Shown here: piece after piece, positions 53,785-62,959 of the stretch | Layout: every line of letters starts with the position of its first letter | Position numbering within the stretch: position 1 is the stretch's first letter | Source: Actinomycetes bacterium | GTDB lineage: Bacteria > Actinomycetota > Actinomycetes > Mycobacteriales > Micromonosporaceae | Direction: 5' to 3' | DNA length: 64,000 bases | Assembly: GCA_023402505.1 (NCBI GenBank) | Contig: JAEYGD010000367.1 | Span: forward strand, 3,870 to 67,869 | Notes under the pieces: generated by a model | Told to the model about the DNA's origin: nothing | What the model saw: the letters and a program-made list of their open reading frames with translations, nothing else | The model's database searches: none | Translations under genes and position numbers: made by a program

Positions 53785-55701
53785 CTACCCACCTCCACCC
53801 GGCGGCATGCCGGCCGGCAGCATCACCGAGGTCTGTCCGGCGGGCGTGGGTGGAGCGGGGCGGATGACGCGGGTCCACAACCGGGACGCCCACCACACCG
53901 CGACAGCGACGGCGTAGGTGACGCCGAGGATGCCGGCGGCCTGGTCATTGACGATCGCCGCGGTGATCACCGCAAGGGGAGCGGCGAGGATGAGACGGAA
54001 CACCAGCGGCGTGACCAACGCCATGACCACCCCGACACCCAGCAGCAGCCCACCGAGCCGACCCGCGATGTCGATCCACAGCACCATGTCAGGCCACCGT
54101 TCGGCGGTCAGCGAGTACTGGACCAACCCCATGCCGATCGCGGCCGTCACGACCGAGCCGGTCGGGGCGGCCAGCAGCGCCGACCAGCCGCCGTGCGGGA
54201 CCCGCCACTGCCGGGCGGCCACCACCGCCATCGCCACCGCCATCACGGCGATCGGGCTGATCGGCCACAACGCCCAACTCAGAAACCGGCCCACCGGCTG
54301 GCCGAAATACTGGCTGTACACCACCGCGTACAGGCCGGCGATCGCCGTGCCGAGGGACACCGCCGCGAGGATGCCGACGCTGACCTTCCCACCCTCGGTG
54401 CGCATGTTCGGGGTGGGGCTGCGGGCCGCGATCAGCGAGCCGAGCACAGTGCCGGCCGCGAGGCACGCCATCAGCGCCATCACGGCGGCCATCGCGAACT
54501 CGCCCCAGTTCAGGTCCACCCAGTAGTGCACGTTGAGCGTGTTGTGCCGCTCCGCGGTCAGCAGGCACTGCCACGACAGCGCCAACGAGGCGAAACCCGG
54601 CACCGCGATCGCGACGGCCCGCCGCACCGGCGGCACCGGCACCTCCACCCGATCCTCGGCGCCTAGGTCGACCGCACCGGCGTCCGCAGCGCCCAGAGCA
54701 GCCGCGAACCGAGGCTCGGCAACGATCGTGGGACTGACACCCACGTGCTCGACGACCAGCACGCCCAACTGAGGCAGGTGTGCGCCGCCGCCGACGCAGT
54801 AGACACCAGCAATGTCGGCGGCCGTCAGCTCCGCGGCGGCGATCGCCTCCTGGATCAGCTGCGCGACCCGCTCCAGGACGGGGCGGGCGACCTCGTCGAG
54901 CATCCCGCTGTTCGCGACGACCGGCGCCTGGCCGGCCAGCGGCACCGTGACGACCGGATGGGCGGTCAAGGACTCCTTCGCGGTACGAACGCTCTCCGCC
55001 ACCACCCACCGCTCCGCCTCATCGCCGGGCATCCCCTCACCGCCGGTGAAAGCGACGGCCAAGGCTTGGTCGATGGCCTGGCCGCCGGCCCTCGAGTCGT
55101 CGAGGGTCGCCAGCACCTCGAAACCCGCCGGCCCTCGGCGCAGCACCGTCACCTCGGCGCCCGCGCCCACGTCGACAACGACGATGAACGCCCCGACCGG
55201 TAGCTGCAGACCGGTGGCCAGCAGGCGCCCGGCGACCGCCACCGGGGCCTCCACCAGACGCGGCTGCGGCAACCCCGCCCGGTGAGCGACCTGCCGCATC
55301 CAGGTACGCCGCCTCGGCCCCCAGCCCGCCGGCACCACCACCCGCACATCCCGCACTGGGCCACCGGCCACCCGCTGCGCCTCGACCGCGGCCCTGCGCA
55401 GCGGCGCCGCCGCCAACTCCAGCGCCTCCACCGCGACGCCCTCAACGGTGAGATCGTCATCGGCCGGACGGCGAGGACTCGGCACGAGCCGGGTCGGCTC
55501 CCTCGCGGCAGCCTGGCGCGCCTGCTGCCCCGTCCACACCTCACCATCAGCGGCCACATAGACAGCACTGGGCAACTCCACCAGGCCGTCGAACGACAAC
55601 GGGACCGAGCTGCCATCAGGCCAAGCGAGGACCGCCTTGGTGGTGGCCGTGCCGCAATCAATCGACAGCCGCGCCTCCCCCGCCCGCATACGCATAGTCA
55701 A
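53785..55701 (-). CDS. Hsp70/actin-fold ATPase-like protein with C-terminal polytopic membrane domain
   Basis: N-terminal LSIDCGTATTKAVLAW (phosphate-1 DxGT), VVVDVGAGAEVTVL (phosphate-2) and VYCVGGGAHLP (adenosine motif), followed by at least 6 hydrophobic helices. Confidence 0.75.
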   Translation of the reverse strand: MTMRMRAGEARLSIDCGTATTKAVLAWPDGSSVPLSFDGLVELPSAVYVAADGEVWTGQQARQAAAREPTRLVPSPRRPADDDLTVEGVAVEALELAAAPLRRAAVEAQRVAGGPVRDVRVVVPAGWGPRRRTWMRQVAHRAGLPQPRLVEAPVAVAGRLLATGLQLPVGAFIVVVDVGAGAEVTVLRRGPAGFEVLATLDDSRAGGQAIDQALAVAFTGGEGMPGDEAERWVVAESVRTAKESLTAHPVVTVPLAGQAPVVANSGMLDEVARPVLERVAQLIQEAIAAAELTAADIAGVYCVGGGAHLPQLGVLVVEHVGVSPTIVAEPRFAAALGAADAGAVDLGAEDRVEVPVPPVRRAVAIAVPGFASLALSWQCLLTAERHNTLNVHYWVDLNWGEFAMAAVMALMACLAAGTVLGSLIAARSPTPNMRTEGGKVSVGILAAVSLGTAIAGLYAVVYSQYFGQPVGRFLSWALWPISPIAVMAVAMAVVAARQWRVPHGGWSALLAAPTGSVVTAAIGMGLVQYSLTAERWPDMVLWIDIAGRLGGLLLGVGVVMALVTPLVFRLILAAPLAVITAAIVNDQAAGILGVTYAVAVAVWWASRLWTRVIRPAPPTPAGQTSVMLPAGMPPGGGG

Positions 55702-56008
55702 ACATGAGGATCACACTCACGTCACCCACCGATCACTCACGGAGAGTAGAGACCGCGGGCCGAAAGCCAGATGAGCCAGTCCGAAGTCGCGCCCCTGGCA
55801 CCGTGCTGCAGGTCTATGTGTGGGCGGGCGTGGGAAGCGGTGCCCGGCCTCGGGGGAAGCTCGGTGGCGACTGAACCGAGCCATGCGACGCGACGAGGAC
55901 CCCTGCACTCGTGGCAGCCCTGCCCAGAGCATGCAACCCCCGCCGGGCTCCACCACGAGCCGCCCGCACGATAAGCGGACAGTCGCTGATGTCCGCCGCG
56001 GGAACCTA

Positions 56009-57232
56009 GTGCCGCAGCAGGGAATGTTTGCCCTGTGACGACGCGGCGTGCGGGTGCTGGTTCGGACGGTGCGGTGTCGCCAGGCTGTCCGGGTGGCAGA
56101 GCGGGTACGGGTCCGGGATATCGGCGACGACGAAGGGCAGCGGCTGCGGCGGATCGTCCGTAGAGGTACTGGGTCGGTGGTGACCTGGCGGCGGGCTCAG
56201 ATGGTGTTGCTGTCCGCGCAGGGCATGTCGGTGGGGAAGATCGCGGAGGTGACGTTCACCAGCGCGGATCGGGTCCGAGACGTGATCGGCAATTTCAACG
56301 CCGACGGCTTCGATTCGCTTTACCCGAAGTACAAAGGTGGCCGGCCGAGAACGTTCACGCTGCCGGAGCGGCGTGAGATTAAGAAGATCGCGAAGTCCAA
56401 GCCGGCCGAGCATGGCTTGCCGCTCTCGACCTGGAGTCTGGCCAAGCTGGCCGACTTCCTGGTCGCTGAGGGGGTGGTCGACGACATCAGCCACGAGGGC
56501 CTGCGGGTCCTGCTCCGCGAGGAGGGCGTGTCGTTTCAACGCGTGAAACCTGGAAGATCTCCCGCGACCCGGACTACGCCGCCAAGAAGGCCCGGGTCGA
56601 GCACCTCTACGCGATCGCCGACGGTGAGGTCGTACCGGAGGACGACGAGCCCGAGGTCGTGTTCTGCCTCGACGAGTTCGGTCCCTTGAATCTCCAACCT
56701 CATCCGGGGCGGCAGTGGGCCGAGCGCGGTGGACGGCACAAGGACCCTGACCGGCAGCCGCGGCCCCGCCGGCGGGCGACCTACACCCGACCGCATGGGA
56801 TCAGGCACCTGTTCACCGCCTACGACCTGAGCAAGGACAAGCTCTACGGCCACATCAAGCCGACGAAGACCCGCACACGGTTCCTGGAGTTCTGCCGCTA
56901 CCTGCGCAGCCTGCACCCGCCGCAGACCCGGATCGCGATCGTGCTCGACAACTACTCCCCACACCTGAGCACGAAGAAGGACACCCGGGTCGGCGACTGG
57001 GCCGCGGCCAACAACGTCGAGCTCGCCTACACACCCACCAACAGCTCCTGGCTCAACCGCATCGAGGCCCAGTTCACCGCCCTGCGCTACTTCACCCTCG
57101 ACGGCACCGACCACACCAGCCACAAGCAACAGGCCAGCATGATCCGCCGCTACATCATCTGGCGGAACAAAACGCCGCCGACGAATGCCTACGCGAGGTA
57201 GTCAACAGGGCGAACATTGCCTGATGCGGCAC
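56009..57232 (+). mobile_element. IS630-family insertion sequence, 1224 bp
   Basis: Inverted repeats are GTGCCGCAGCAGGGAATGTTTGCCCTG (56009-) and CAGGGCGAACATTGCCTGATGCGGCAC (-57232). A TA dinucleotide flanks both sides (56007-56008 and 57233-57234). Confidence 0.85.
56048..57201 (+). CDS. IS630-family transposase, split into two frames at AAA (56546-56548)
   Basis: Frame 1 ends ...GVSFQRVK. Frame -1 continues TWKISRDPDYAAKKARVEHLY ... DEFGPLNLQP ... VLDNYSPH ... NSSWLNRIEAQF (DDE). This is either a -1 slip or a 1-nt deletion in an A run. Confidence 0.8.
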
Positions 57233-57305
57233 TAGTTCATCCGGCCCGTCAACGGCCGCATCCCGGCCGAGATTGACGGGAACGCCCGGGCGCGCCGGCG
57301 TCGTC

Positions 57306-57983
57306 CTAATCGGTTGAGCTGGCTTGCCGGCGGCGCAGGGTCCGGATCCAACCCTGGGCGGTGTGCCTGGGCACGTTGTAGTGGTCGGCGACAGCCGCCA
57401 CGCTGCCGGCCTGCTGGTACACCGACTCGAGATCACTCGGGGACCGCCGGTACACCCGACCCGCGCCTGGGGACGCCTCGCCCTTCGCGGTCTGCTTGGT
57501 GGCTTTCCGCCCCGCGTTGGTGGCCTTGGCGCCTGTGGCTTTCCGTCCACGCGACCGGGTCGCGCTGTCGGACGGTGCTTTCGCCCGTGACGCCTGCTTG
57601 GGCACAGCGACCGCGGTCGGCTCGCTCAGCACCGGAGTAGTCGTAGCCGGTTGGTCAGCGGTGGACGTGGTTACGGTGACAGCCTGGCCCGCCTCGGTCT
57701 CGGCGACGGGCTCCTCGTCAACGGATACGCCAGCGGGCGCCTCGTCGGCCGGTGCGGCAGGCGACACGGTTAGCGCCTGCTGCCCGCCGACGGCAGGCGT
57801 GACCGCCTTCAGCAGCAGATCCAGATCGATCGCGGGAATCTGGCCCGCGGTCAGCCCGTCCCCCTCACCGGCGCGTACCACCAGCTCGGTGATCCGCGCG
57901 GTCGCGCCGTTCAACTCGACTCTCACGGTTGTGGTCGCCCGGCTGGGATCGTCCGCGGCGATGCTGATGGTGTAGGAACTCAC
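57306..57983 (-). CDS. hypothetical DNA-binding protein (C-terminal HTH)
   Basis: C-terminal SVAAVADHYNVPRHTAQGWIRTLRR is HTH-like. The middle is low-complexity and rich in A/T/K. Confidence 0.55.
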   Translation of the reverse strand: MSSYTISIAADDPSRATTTVRVELNGATARITELVVRAGEGDGLTAGQIPAIDLDLLLKAVTPAVGGQQALTVSPAAPADEAPAGVSVDEEPVAETEAGQAVTVTTSTADQPATTTPVLSEPTAVAVPKQASRAKAPSDSATRSRGRKATGAKATNAGRKATKQTAKGEASPGAGRVYRRSPSDLESVYQQAGSVAAVADHYNVPRHTAQGWIRTLRRRQASSTD

Positions 57984-58210
57984 GATGTGCCTCCATGTAG
58001 GGCAAGGACCTCGTCACCTCGCGCGAACCATCCCGCATGTTGACAGGGACTCGGCCGTTCCTGATGCGCTGATCAGTGATCAAAGGGTAGAAGCTACCGC
58101 ATGCCCGGTGAGCTGCGACCAATGCGGCGGCTCTGCCGCCGGGCTGGGCTTGTGATGCGTTTGCCGGCGACCATTCCGGCGGCCCCGACAAGTCCGCGCC
58201 GCGTCGGGCG

Positions 58211-58732
58211 TTACTCCGGCTCCGGGAGCAGCCCTTGCTCACGCAACTGGGCGAAGTGCGCCTCGGGTGGTGGCTCCGGGTCGTGATCGGAGGGCCGTGG
58301 TGGTTCGGGTCCGTCGCGGTCGAAGCGCAACAGCGTCTCGACCCGGGTGACCCGGAATCGGCGGTCGAGTACCGTCACCTCGTTCGCTCGGGTTGCCTCG
58401 ACCTCGTCGGCGGCCTGCGCGTACGCGGCGATCTCCGCGTCGGTGGGCTGCCCGATGCGGGGAACCATATAGCGGAACTTGAAGGCGATCGCCTCCCTCG
58501 CCTGTTGTGGGGAAGCGAGGTGGCGGCTCGCCGGCCGCCACTGACCCTCGACGCACTCGGCCACCGCGTACCCGGCGGGCAGGACCACGCCGCGAGGATG
58601 GACGCGTAGGGCCATGCGGCTGTCGGCGTGAACGTCGGCGGGAACCCCCGCCGCGGGATAGTGCGCGGACAGCAAATCCACCGTCACCATCGCCTGCACC
58701 GGCCCGACCGGCACACCGGGGTCCACCACCAC
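58211..58732 (-). CDS. hypothetical protein, probably 5'-truncated
   Basis: The frame stays open for 71 more codons, up to 58945, with no ATG/GTG/TTG. The upstream extension repeats the C-terminal motif: RWRVVRADTFTRFGPDGPESPRPSDPD versus RFRVTRVETLLRFDRDGPEPPRPSDHD. Confidence 0.5.
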   Translation of the reverse strand: MVVDPGVPVGPVQAMVTVDLLSAHYPAAGVPADVHADSRMALRVHPRGVVLPAGYAVAECVEGQWRPASRHLASPQQAREAIAFKFRYMVPRIGQPTDAEIAAYAQAADEVEATRANEVTVLDRRFRVTRVETLLRFDRDGPEPPRPSDHDPEPPPEAHFAQLREQGLLPEPE

Positions 58733-59098
58733 ACCTTCCCGACCGGAGTAGAGGCCGGCGGCACCGGCTGCGCCACTGTCGGGGTCGCTCGGGCGTGGAG
58801 ACTCCGGCCCGTCTGGACCGAACCGGGTGAACGTATCCGCCCGGACGACCCGCCACCGGCGCCAACGGCCCTGGGCGAGGCGCGCACGCAGTTCGAGCCA
58901 GGCTGAACGCTGCTTGGCTGTGCGTTCGCTGGGTTTGGCGAACTCTCAGGCCCTTCGACCGGCGCAGCGCGGCTCACATAGACGAGTCCGACGATCACCA
59001 GTCGCCATGCCCCAAACGGCGGGTCGCCGCTGGGCTCGTCGGCCAGAAGAGCGACGGAGGGCTGGACATGATCAGTTCGCTTCGAAACACTACGCCTT

Positions 59099-60286
59099 GT
59101 GTCGCCGTCGTCGCACAACGCCGCGCCATCTGCGCTGGGCTACCTGTACCAGTCGCAGTGGCCGTTGCTAGAGCTGCTGCGGCGTTCCGAGGAACGGCCA
59201 GACTGCGCCATCACCCTGGAGCTGCACGACGACGTCGCCTGGGAGCAGGAGGGCACACCTACTGAGTTGTTACAGCTGAAGCATCATCTGCGTGCCGGCC
59301 GCGGGCTGGGTGACAAGGACGTCGACATCTGGCGCACGATCCGAGCATGGATGGACACCCAGGACGTCGGTGACCCGGAGGGGCCGGCGCTAACCATGGT
59401 GACGACGCAGACGGCGGGGCCACATAGCGCAGCAGCGGCGTTACGGCCCCTGGGACGAGACGTCAAGCGTGCGCTGGCCCTGCTTGAGGCGGCAGCGGCG
59501 GATTCGACCGCAGAGGTGAGCGTTGGCTGGCGTCGCCAGTTCCTGGACCTTGACCCGGCGGTGCGGGCGACTTTCGTCGCCCGCATCTACTTGCTGGACG
59601 CCGCACCCGTGATCGGCGATTTGGACGGCGCGGTGCGTCGAGTCCTGCGCTGGGCGCTGCCGCGCGGGCACGAGGACACGTTCATGGGGTTGCTGTGGTC
59701 GTGGTGGCACTCCAAGGTCGTCGACCTGCTACAGGGTCGCCGGCGGCACGTCAACGCAGTCGAGGTGGCGGTCAAGATCGATGAGCTGCGCGATCAATTC
59801 ACCCGCGACAACCTACCGACGCTGGTGCAGCCGGAGCACTTCGATCCGGCGGAGGAGGCTGCCTACCTGGACCGGTGCTTCGTGCAGCAACTGCGGTGGG
59901 TCGGCACGCCGGCGCGGCTAATCCAAAAGGCGATCATCGACTATTACCGCGCGTATGTGCAGACGGCCCGGTGGATTGATGACGACCTCATCGGCCTGGA
60001 TGAGTTGGAGGCGTTCGAGGCGCGGCTGCGCGACGAGTGGGAACGCGAGTACGAGTGGATGGTGGCCGAGCTGCCTGCCGACGCCGATGAGGATGCCAAA
60101 CAGCGGGCCGGGATGCGGCTGCTGCGCGAAACCCTCGACCGCACCGGCATCCGGGTCCGTGACCGCTACGACGAGGCGTTCTTTTGCCGCGGCAAGCACC
60201 ACGAGCTCGCCGACACCGGCCGGGTGGGCTGGCATCCCGAGTTCGCCGGTCGGATCGAGGCGTTGCTGCTGGCGGCCAGCCAATGA
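59099..60286 (+). CDS. ABC-3C-type effector: N-terminal restriction-endonuclease-fold (Cap4/DUF4297-like) nuclease + helical C-terminal domain
   Basis: ALGYLYQSQWPLLELL (GYxYQ motif) and ITLELHDDVAWE...ELLQLKHH (D...QxK). The C-terminal 200 aa are helical (YYRAYVQTARWIDDDL...). GTG start with no strong RBS. Confidence 0.65.
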   Translation: MSPSSHNAAPSALGYLYQSQWPLLELLRRSEERPDCAITLELHDDVAWEQEGTPTELLQLKHHLRAGRGLGDKDVDIWRTIRAWMDTQDVGDPEGPALTMVTTQTAGPHSAAAALRPLGRDVKRALALLEAAAADSTAEVSVGWRRQFLDLDPAVRATFVARIYLLDAAPVIGDLDGAVRRVLRWALPRGHEDTFMGLLWSWWHSKVVDLLQGRRRHVNAVEVAVKIDELRDQFTRDNLPTLVQPEHFDPAEEAAYLDRCFVQQLRWVGTPARLIQKAIIDYYRAYVQTARWIDDDLIGLDELEAFEARLRDEWEREYEWMVAELPADADEDAKQRAGMRLLRETLDRTGIRVRDRYDEAFFCRGKHHELADTGRVGWHPEFAGRIEALLLAASQ

Positions 60287-60753
60287 CGGCCTGGCAAGAC
60301 CGACCGCAGGTGTCTGCGGCGTACCTCAACCCGGCGATGGTGGCGACCGTGCTGGCCGCTGCTGCCGCTGGCTATCGAGCCGGACGGCAGCGGACCATGA
60401 TCTGGCCGTTGGCGTTCGTCGTCGCACCCCTGGTGCTGCACCGCAGCACCCGTCAGGCGTTGCCCCGCAGCACTGCAACGCATCTTGCGTCCTGGGTGTC
60501 CCGCAATGCTCTGTTGCACGCCGGCTTCGCCCCACGGGCTCGGGCGCTGGCGCCGACAGTCCGAGAAGGGCTGCGGTTCGGGCTGCGACACGGCGTATTG
60601 ACCGTCGAGGCTGGCGGGCTCAGCGGGGCGGTCGGGAGAGGACGCGATCCCGAGCTTCAGCAGCTGCTGCGCAGCGCACAACTGGTGGGACGATGGCTGG
60701 CCAAGGCCGACCAGCCTGCCACCGCCTTCGCGATTCTCGGTGTGGAGCCCTGA
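60283..60753 (+). CDS. ABC-3C-type middle component (small helical protein)
   Basis: ATGA overlap with the effector gene. 156 aa. It sits between the effector and the DUF3732-type ATPase. Confidence 0.6.
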   Translation: MTAWQDRPQVSAAYLNPAMVATVLAAAAAGYRAGRQRTMIWPLAFVVAPLVLHRSTRQALPRSTATHLASWVSRNALLHAGFAPRARALAPTVREGLRFGLRHGVLTVEAGGLSGAVGRGRDPELQQLLRSAQLVGRWLAKADQPATAFAILGVEP

Positions 60754-60757
60754 CGAC

Positions 60758-62710
60758 ATGAACCTGCTGGCAATCGTGCTGTACAACCGGGCTGGTGACC
60801 GACGCGTGGTCGACTTCCGACCCGGTGAGCTGAACATCGTCACCGGCTGGTCGGCCACCGGCAAGAGCGCCCTGCTCGACATCACCGAGTTCTGCTTGGG
60901 GCGCGACACGGTGACCATGCCAGTCGGGCCGATCACCAACACCGTGTCGTGGTACGCCGTGCTGGTCCAGCTGCCCACCACCCGCGCGTTCGTCGCCCGC
61001 CCCGCGCCACGGACCGGTCGCGCTTCCACCCAACAGGCGATGCTGGAGTTCGGCGCGGATCTACAGCCGTTGGACTACGCCGACCTGGTCGTCAACGTTG
61101 ACTCCGACACCGTCCGCCAACAACTCGGTCGGCTGATCGGCATCGGCGAGAACCTGCATCTCCCCGAGCCCGGAGCCCTACGTGCCCCGCTGGAGGCCCA
61201 CCTGGGCCACGCCCTGCTGTTGTGCCTGCAACGCCAAGGCGAGATCGGCAACCGCGACCTGCTGTTTCACCGCCAAGGCGAACGTGGGATCCAGCAGGCA
61301 ATCATCGACACGCTGCCGTATTTCCTGGGGGCTGTGCCGGGTGACCAAGCCGCCAGGCGGCAGCAGTTGCAGGCCGCTCGCCGCCAGCTTCGCCGTCTCG
61401 AGACCGACCTGGCCGCAGCCGAGAGACTCAACAGCGACGTGGAGGTCGAGCTTCGGGCCCTGCTGACCGAAGCCCACGCCAAGGGACTCATTGTCAACGC
61501 CGATATCGACGGCCGAGATGCCGCCGTGGCAGCCCTGGCGCAAGCCCTCGTCACCCCGACCGTTGAACCGTCCACCGAAGACAGCAACGACACCCGACGG
61601 CGGGAACTCGAGCAGCGCCGCGACAACCTGCGCCAGCAGTTGCGGGCCATCGGCGAGCAACGCGCCCTGCTGGATGACCAGGTCCGCGGCGAGCGCGATT
61701 ACCAGACAGCCGTCCGCGTCGGCGCCGGCCGACTGCAAAGCCTGGAGCTGGTGCAGCCCAATGATCACATCGGCGCGGACACCTGCCCGATGTGCGGCAA
61801 CGTCCTAGCCGAACCCGATCCCCAGCTCAGCGAATTGCAGCAGACCGTCGATGATCTTCGAAGCCAGCTCCGCGCCGTCGAGACAGCCCGGCCGCGCCGT
61901 GTGGCTGCCCTCGGCGAACTCGACCGCCGCGCCGACGGCATCCGGCAAGAGCTACGCAGCGTCGACGCCGCCCTAGCCGGTATCCGCGCCGCTGACGCCG
62001 CCGTCGATGCGGCCCGCAGCCGAGGAGAAGACCGAGCGTTCACCAAGGGACGCATCGACCTGTATCTGACCCGCCTACGCCAAGCCGGAGACGAAGACAC
62101 CCTAAACGCTTTACGCACCCGCGTCGAAATAGTCCGCCGCAACGTCGACCGGCTGGCCGCCGATCTCGACCCCGACGAAGAACGCGAGCAGCTCACCTCA
62201 CGACTGCTCGTCGTCGGCGCGGACATGACCCGCTGGGCGGACCGACTTGAACTCGAACACCGTGGCGGCAACATCCGCCTCGACCTGCACCGCCTCACCG
62301 TCGTCATCGACACCGACAGCGGCCCGGCCCCCCTGTTTCGCATTGGCAGCGCCGAGAACTGGATCGGCTATCACCTCATCGCCCACCTCGCGCTGCACCG
62401 CTACTTTGTTCGCCAGCGCCGACCAGTGCCCCACCTGCTCATGCTCGACCAGCCCACCCAGGCGTACTACCCATCCGAGGTCGAACAGCACCGCGGCGTC
62501 CCCCGCGATGACGACGACCGTGCCGCAGTACGCCGACTGTTCGAACTCATGCGAGACGTCGCCACCGAACTGGCCCCCGACATGCAGATCATCGTGTGCG
62601 ACCACGCCGACCTGCCCGAACCCTGGTTCCAGCAAGCCGTTCGCCACAACTGGCGCGGCGCCGCACTGATCCCCAACGACTGGATCAGCGGAACGCCCAC
62701 CGCTGACTAA
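60758..62710 (+). CDS. SMC/Rad50-like ABC ATPase, DUF3732-type
   Basis: N-terminal FRPGELNIVTGWSATGKSALLDITEFCLG (Walker A). A long Q/R/E/L-rich coiled coil with a central CPMCG. C-terminal LLMLDQPTQAYYP (Walker B) and IIVCDHAD. Confidence 0.75.
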   Translation: MNLLAIVLYNRAGDRRVVDFRPGELNIVTGWSATGKSALLDITEFCLGRDTVTMPVGPITNTVSWYAVLVQLPTTRAFVARPAPRTGRASTQQAMLEFGADLQPLDYADLVVNVDSDTVRQQLGRLIGIGENLHLPEPGALRAPLEAHLGHALLLCLQRQGEIGNRDLLFHRQGERGIQQAIIDTLPYFLGAVPGDQAARRQQLQAARRQLRRLETDLAAAERLNSDVEVELRALLTEAHAKGLIVNADIDGRDAAVAALAQALVTPTVEPSTEDSNDTRRRELEQRRDNLRQQLRAIGEQRALLDDQVRGERDYQTAVRVGAGRLQSLELVQPNDHIGADTCPMCGNVLAEPDPQLSELQQTVDDLRSQLRAVETARPRRVAALGELDRRADGIRQELRSVDAALAGIRAADAAVDAARSRGEDRAFTKGRIDLYLTRLRQAGDEDTLNALRTRVEIVRRNVDRLAADLDPDEEREQLTSRLLVVGADMTRWADRLELEHRGGNIRLDLHRLTVVIDTDSGPAPLFRIGSAENWIGYHLIAHLALHRYFVRQRRPVPHLLMLDQPTQAYYPSEVEQHRGVPRDDDDRAAVRRLFELMRDVATELAPDMQIIVCDHADLPEPWFQQAVRHNWRGAALIPNDWISGTPTAD

Positions 62711-62959
62711 ACCCTGCGGCGCTGCGACAGGGGCCACCACCCGACGCGCCCGCCACCCACGTCGGCGACCACTCATGCACAGCCTCGAATGGCATGCACA
62801 AGTAGCCGCGAGCAGCGCGGTTGCAGTCGAACGGGTCTGGGTCCTGCTGGGCGTTCTCGGGAGCCCGCTCATCATGAGCAGGCTCCCCGGAGCGCAGCCC
62901 GACTCGAACGGTGCTGAGGTGCGCACACCTGTGTGTCCTGCCTTGACCCGTCGGATCCC

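Noticed and set aside
59068-59265. An alternative ATG (59068) with a GGAGGG RBS in a different frame from the ABC-3C effector ORF. This hinted at a frameshifted N-terminus.
   Set aside because: The GTG-initiated frame already yields the GYxYQ motif 14 residues from the start, as expected for this nuclease family. The alternative frame gives an A/R/V-rich peptide. I kept the GTG start but flagged the weak RBS.
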